This document shows, in pieces, positions 60,657 to 64,000 of a stretch of DNA of 64,000 bases. The notes below the pieces were generated by a model. It ran no database searches and was not told the DNA's origin. It saw only the letters and a program-made list of their open reading frames with translations. The DNA is from Thermoproteota archaeon (lineage in GTDB: Archaea; Korarchaeota; Korarchaeia; Korarchaeales; Korarchaeaceae). Location of the stretch: NCBI GenBank assembly GCA_026986575.1, contig JALSOH010000006.1, forward strand, positions 128,001-192,000, read 5' to 3'. The stretch's first letter is position 1. The number at the start of each line of letters is the position of its first letter. Position numbers and translations under genes: made by a program.

Positions 60657-61007
60657 GGGAGCCCCTCCTTCGTTTATGGGATCTAAAAGGAGAAGATCGA
60701 ACTATTAGGAGAGCTAGGGAAGGAGCTGAGGAGAGTCTTCTTGAAGTTGCTACCTTATATCAGCAACGAGGAATAAGAGGCTAGAGAAGGAGTTCTCTGG
60801 AGGGCAGGAGGAATTTGAGAAGGTAGTGTGATAATCCAAGCCTTAATATTCACTACCTCCTCTTCGAAAACCAGCAGTAGTAGAGTTCAGAAAATTGAGT
60901 GCTTGAGTCTGCGAATTCCTTTACGATGTTCTAGGCTCTCATTACCCTCATTTCAGGGGAAGGTTCGCGATACAGCGATACTAAGTAGAGGGAAGCCGGA
61001 GCTAGGA

Positions 61008-62309
61008 TCATACGATGCTGACAACCTCACCGACCTCACCCGATCTCAGCCTGTCGTATAGGGCTGCCACTACAGGAGAGGCTCTAACCTCGTAGATCAC
61101 CTTCCTGTATATCTGATCTAGGTTTGCAGGGTTCTCCGGATCTCCCGGCGGGTAATCAACCCTCTTCTGCTTCGATACCTCTCCTCTAACCTCAACTATT
61201 GAAGGTTGTCTCTCGGGGAACTGCGTTGACAACTCCGGATTCACCACTACATTCACTTTCCTCTCTAGGGTCCTTACCCTAGAATCTCCGAGCCCTCTCT
61301 CTAGCTCGTCTAAACCTACTCTCCCGTAGATGAGGGCCAACGCCACCAAGTAGGGGAGGCTGAATCTAGCCTGATCCACGCTTTTCGGCCCCCTAATTCC
61401 CGCGACTCTCGCTGCCTCTTCGAATACCTCCACCCTGACTTCCCTCACCTCCTCCGGCCTCACCTCGTCACTCAACATTATCGCGGCCGTTAGCGCGGTG
61501 TGGGTGTGCCTGCATGTCGGGAAGAACTTGTAACCGTTCAGTAGTATGGCATAGTTCCATCCGGGGTCCAAGCCCTCCTCTAACCTGCATCCGGGAGCCA
61601 TGTTCTTGCAGAACCCTCTTTCATCCTCGAGGGCCCTTAGATTCGTTTTCATGCCATTCCTCGCCATTAGTGAGGAGGTAACTCCCAGAAAGGCGGCGTG
61701 ACCTGGGCTGAACGGTTTGATGGACGATCCCCCAGATATGAAGCCCCAGAGCCCTGAGGCATAATAAGAGGAGATCGCTAAAGCCTGGGAAGCCTCCTCC
61801 AAACTTAACCCCAAAACCCTCGACGCGGCAGCTGCAGCACCCAGAGACCCAGCAGTAGCGGTGGTGTGCCACTTGGAGTAATGATTCCTGTCGAAGGCCC
61901 TTCCAAACCTTGCAGCCACCTCATATCCGATAACCACGGACTCAAGCAGCTTCTCCCAGCTGACCCTCCCCTCCCCAAGCGCTATAGCGGCCGGAACAAT
62001 AACGCTGCCTGCATGGACGAAGCCCTGTCTCAACCAGTCGTCATACTCGAGTGAATGGATGGCAAAGCCGTTTACGAGAGCGGCCATCGATGGAGAAGAG
62101 CGCCACCAGCCTCCCAGAACTAGAGAGCCGTTATCGATTGGGTAGGCTAGAGAAGTGAACCTCTTTACCCTCTCCTCCCTCTCAAAGCCGAGTATACCCA
62201 CTCCAATGGAGTCTAGGAGGGCCTTTTTGGCCTCCTCCCTGACCTCCAACGGTAGAGAGGAGTAGTCCCAAGACCACACCTGTGACAGGATATCCACCAC
62301 TACCGGCAT
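61008..62309 (-). CDS. MmgE/PrpD family protein
   Basis: ALLDSIG, NGFAIHSLEYDD, HAG..IVPAA, GYEV, KFFPTCRHTH, FSLPY, PGDPENP. Confidence 0.92.
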   Translation of the reverse strand: MPVVVDILSQVWSWDYSSLPLEVREEAKKALLDSIGVGILGFEREERVKRFTSLAYPIDNGSLVLGGWWRSSPSMAALVNGFAIHSLEYDDWLRQGFVHAGSVIVPAAIALGEGRVSWEKLLESVVIGYEVAARFGRAFDRNHYSKWHTTATAGSLGAAAAASRVLGLSLEEASQALAISSYYASGLWGFISGGSSIKPFSPGHAAFLGVTSSLMARNGMKTNLRALEDERGFCKNMAPGCRLEEGLDPGWNYAILLNGYKFFPTCRHTHTALTAAIMLSDEVRPEEVREVRVEVFEEAARVAGIRGPKSVDQARFSLPYLVALALIYGRVGLDELERGLGDSRVRTLERKVNVVVNPELSTQFPERQPSIVEVRGEVSKQKRVDYPPGDPENPANLDQIYRKVIYEVRASPVVAALYDRLRSGEVGEVVSIV

Positions 62310-62355
62310 CTCGCTACCTAGGAGGTCTACCTTATCAATTATGGGATCAGTCTAG

Positions 62356-63255
62356 TTAGGATTCCCGCCCTGATCTGGACTTGATCTCTCTCACTATTTC
62401 CAGCAGGGTTCTAGCCTGCTCGTAGTTCATTCGGTCTATCATCATTCCCCTATGAGAAGCCGCCCCTAGCCCCCTTCTAACCGCCTCCTCGTAAGCCTTG
62501 ACTATCTCCTCAGCCTCTCTAATCTCTTTTTCGCTTGGCGTGAACACCTCGTTGATTATCGGTATATGGGAGGGATGGATCGCATACTTCCCCTTATAGC
62601 CCAGCCTCCTAGCCAGGAGGGCTTGCCTCCTCACCCCCTCCCTGTCAATGATCAGCCCGAGGAATGGGGTGTCCAAGGCCGGGATTCTGGCAGCAGCGGA
62701 TGCGACGCTCACCTTAGACCTAGCATACAGGAGTTCGATCTCATCATCAGAGAGGTCGCTGACGCTTCTACCGAGGTCCCTCAAAAAGTCCCCCATGCCG
62801 AACGAGAGTGCGCAGATCCTATGCGAAGAGAGGGCTATATCGAGGGATCTCTCAACGCCCATCGCGCTTTCTACCAGCGGGATTATCCTGACCTCCTCCA
62901 GTCCTCTCTCCTCCTCTAGGCGCTGTAGCCGCTCCTCCAAGTGCTTAATGTCCTCCACTCTCTCAGTCTTGGGGAGCACGATCCCGTCCAGCCCCTTCGC
63001 CATTATGAACCCCAGATCTTCCTCAAGCATCCCTGTCGTGGACGAATTCACCCTGACGAACACCTCGCCACCGAATTTCCCCCTTTCTTCTTTCAGGAAC
63101 TCCCTCACAAGCCACCTAGCAGTCTCCTTCTCCCCTATAGGTACGGCATCCTCCATGCCCAGTACCACGACATCCGCTCCGCTCCTCAACGAGCTCAGCA
63201 TCAACCTCCAGCTATTGGCAGGTACGAAGAGCAAGGATCTGGCTAGAAAGGTCAT
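62356..63255 (-). CDS. CitE/malyl-CoA/citramalyl-CoA lyase family
   Basis: RSLLFVP, EDAVP, VRVN, LPK, LVES, GMGD, GK.AIHP, GMMID. Confidence 0.9.
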   Translation of the reverse strand: MTFLARSLLFVPANSWRLMLSSLRSGADVVVLGMEDAVPIGEKETARWLVREFLKEERGKFGGEVFVRVNSSTTGMLEEDLGFIMAKGLDGIVLPKTERVEDIKHLEERLQRLEEERGLEEVRIIPLVESAMGVERSLDIALSSHRICALSFGMGDFLRDLGRSVSDLSDDEIELLYARSKVSVASAAARIPALDTPFLGLIIDREGVRRQALLARRLGYKGKYAIHPSHIPIINEVFTPSEKEIREAEEIVKAYEEAVRRGLGAASHRGMMIDRMNYEQARTLLEIVREIKSRSGRES

Positions 63256-64000
63256 AACACATCCCTCAGCAGCTCGATTATATGCTTGGGCGACTCGGCC
63301 AACTTAACTCCCGCCTCCTTGAAGGCCCTGATCTTGCTCTCAGCCGATCCTCTATCGCCCACGACCATGGCGCTCGCGTGGGAGAACCTCATCCCCTTGG
63401 GAAGCATCCTCCCTGCCACGTAAGCTACCAAGGGCTTCGTGAACCCTCCGTTTGACACGAATTCAGCAGCTTCCTCCTCTTGAACTCCACCTATCTCGGC
63501 GAAAAGCACGACAGCATCCGTCTCTTCATCTTCCTCGAACATGGCCAGCAGCTCCGCCTCGGTCAGTCCCACCAGTGGTTCACTGCCAGTATGCACCGCG
63601 GTGGTAATCCCGAAGCCGGCCCTGCTTATGGCCCAAGAGGTGGTGGTCGTCTGCCCACCGCTCCTCGAGATAACACCCACCTTACCGGGGACGAAGGCCT
63701 CCTTGGCCAGCTCTAGGGACCCGCCCACCCATCCCATGACCGCCTTACTTGGGCTTATTACGCCGAAGGATCCAGGTCCCTGAACCCTCACGCCCCTCCC
63801 CCTAGCTAAAGCGAGTATCCTCATGGCGTCGTGCACGGGCACCCTCTCGGTCGGGATAAGCACATAGCTTATTCCGGCCTCTACGGCCTCAGTCACGGCC
63901 TCCAAGAGGTGAGCCGGTGGGACTAGAGTGATGGTCGCATCCACGCGCCCCACCTCTTCCAAGGCCTCCTTAACGGAATCGAAGACCGGTACCCCCCAGA
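63252..64000 (-). CDS. SucD-like CoA ligase alpha subunit; 5' end outside the window
   Basis: GVPVFDSVKEA, TERVP.HD, ISRSGG, EIGG, KPLVAYVAG, phospho-His in FSHAS. Confidence 0.88.
   Translation of the reverse strand, partial: WGVPVFDSVKEALEEVGRVDATITLVPPAHLLEAVTEAVEAGISYVLIPTERVPVHDAMRILALARGRGVRVQGPGSFGVISPSKAVMGWVGGSLELAKEAFVPGKVGVISRSGGQTTTTSWAISRAGFGITTAVHTGSEPLVGLTEAELLAMFEEDEETDAVVLFAEIGGVQEEEAAEFVSNGGFTKPLVAYVAGRMLPKGMRFSHASAMVVGDRGSAESKIRAFKEAGVKLAESPKHIIELLRDVL

Noticed and set aside
1-64000. CRISPR arrays, rRNA, transposases, integrases
   Set aside because: No repeat-spacer periodicity, rRNA signature or recombinase motif seen

Overview
Gene-dense archaeal chromosome segment. Markers (aEF-2, uL16, Csl4, RpoL, G1P dehydrogenase, single-OB SSB, TIP49) and codon style fit a thermophilic TACK archaeon; Korarchaeia-like is my inference only. 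Most of it is housekeeping or heterotrophic metabolism: LIV-type and Opp-type ABC transporters, aminotransferases, GDH, two-subunit fumarase, acyl-CoA enzymes. Highlights: (1) a capC-capB (pgsCB) poly-gamma-glutamate pair head-to-head with gdhA; (2) an AT-rich island at ~55.3-57.0 kb encoding a secreted precursor split by one in-frame TGA with a Cys/Tyr-rich C-terminus, followed by an apparently chimeric FG-GAP surface protein and surrounded by decayed toxin-antitoxin modules; (3) a small winged-helix protein with a Lys-rich tail next to a cloverleaf-like intergenic element; (4) a HisD homologue lacking the catalytic Glu-His pair; (5) a C5-epimerase gene split by a TAA; (6) a CoA-ligase/CitE/PrpD cluster. 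I saw no rRNA, canonical tRNA, CRISPR array or IS element. All calls come from motif recognition by eye; no searches were run.
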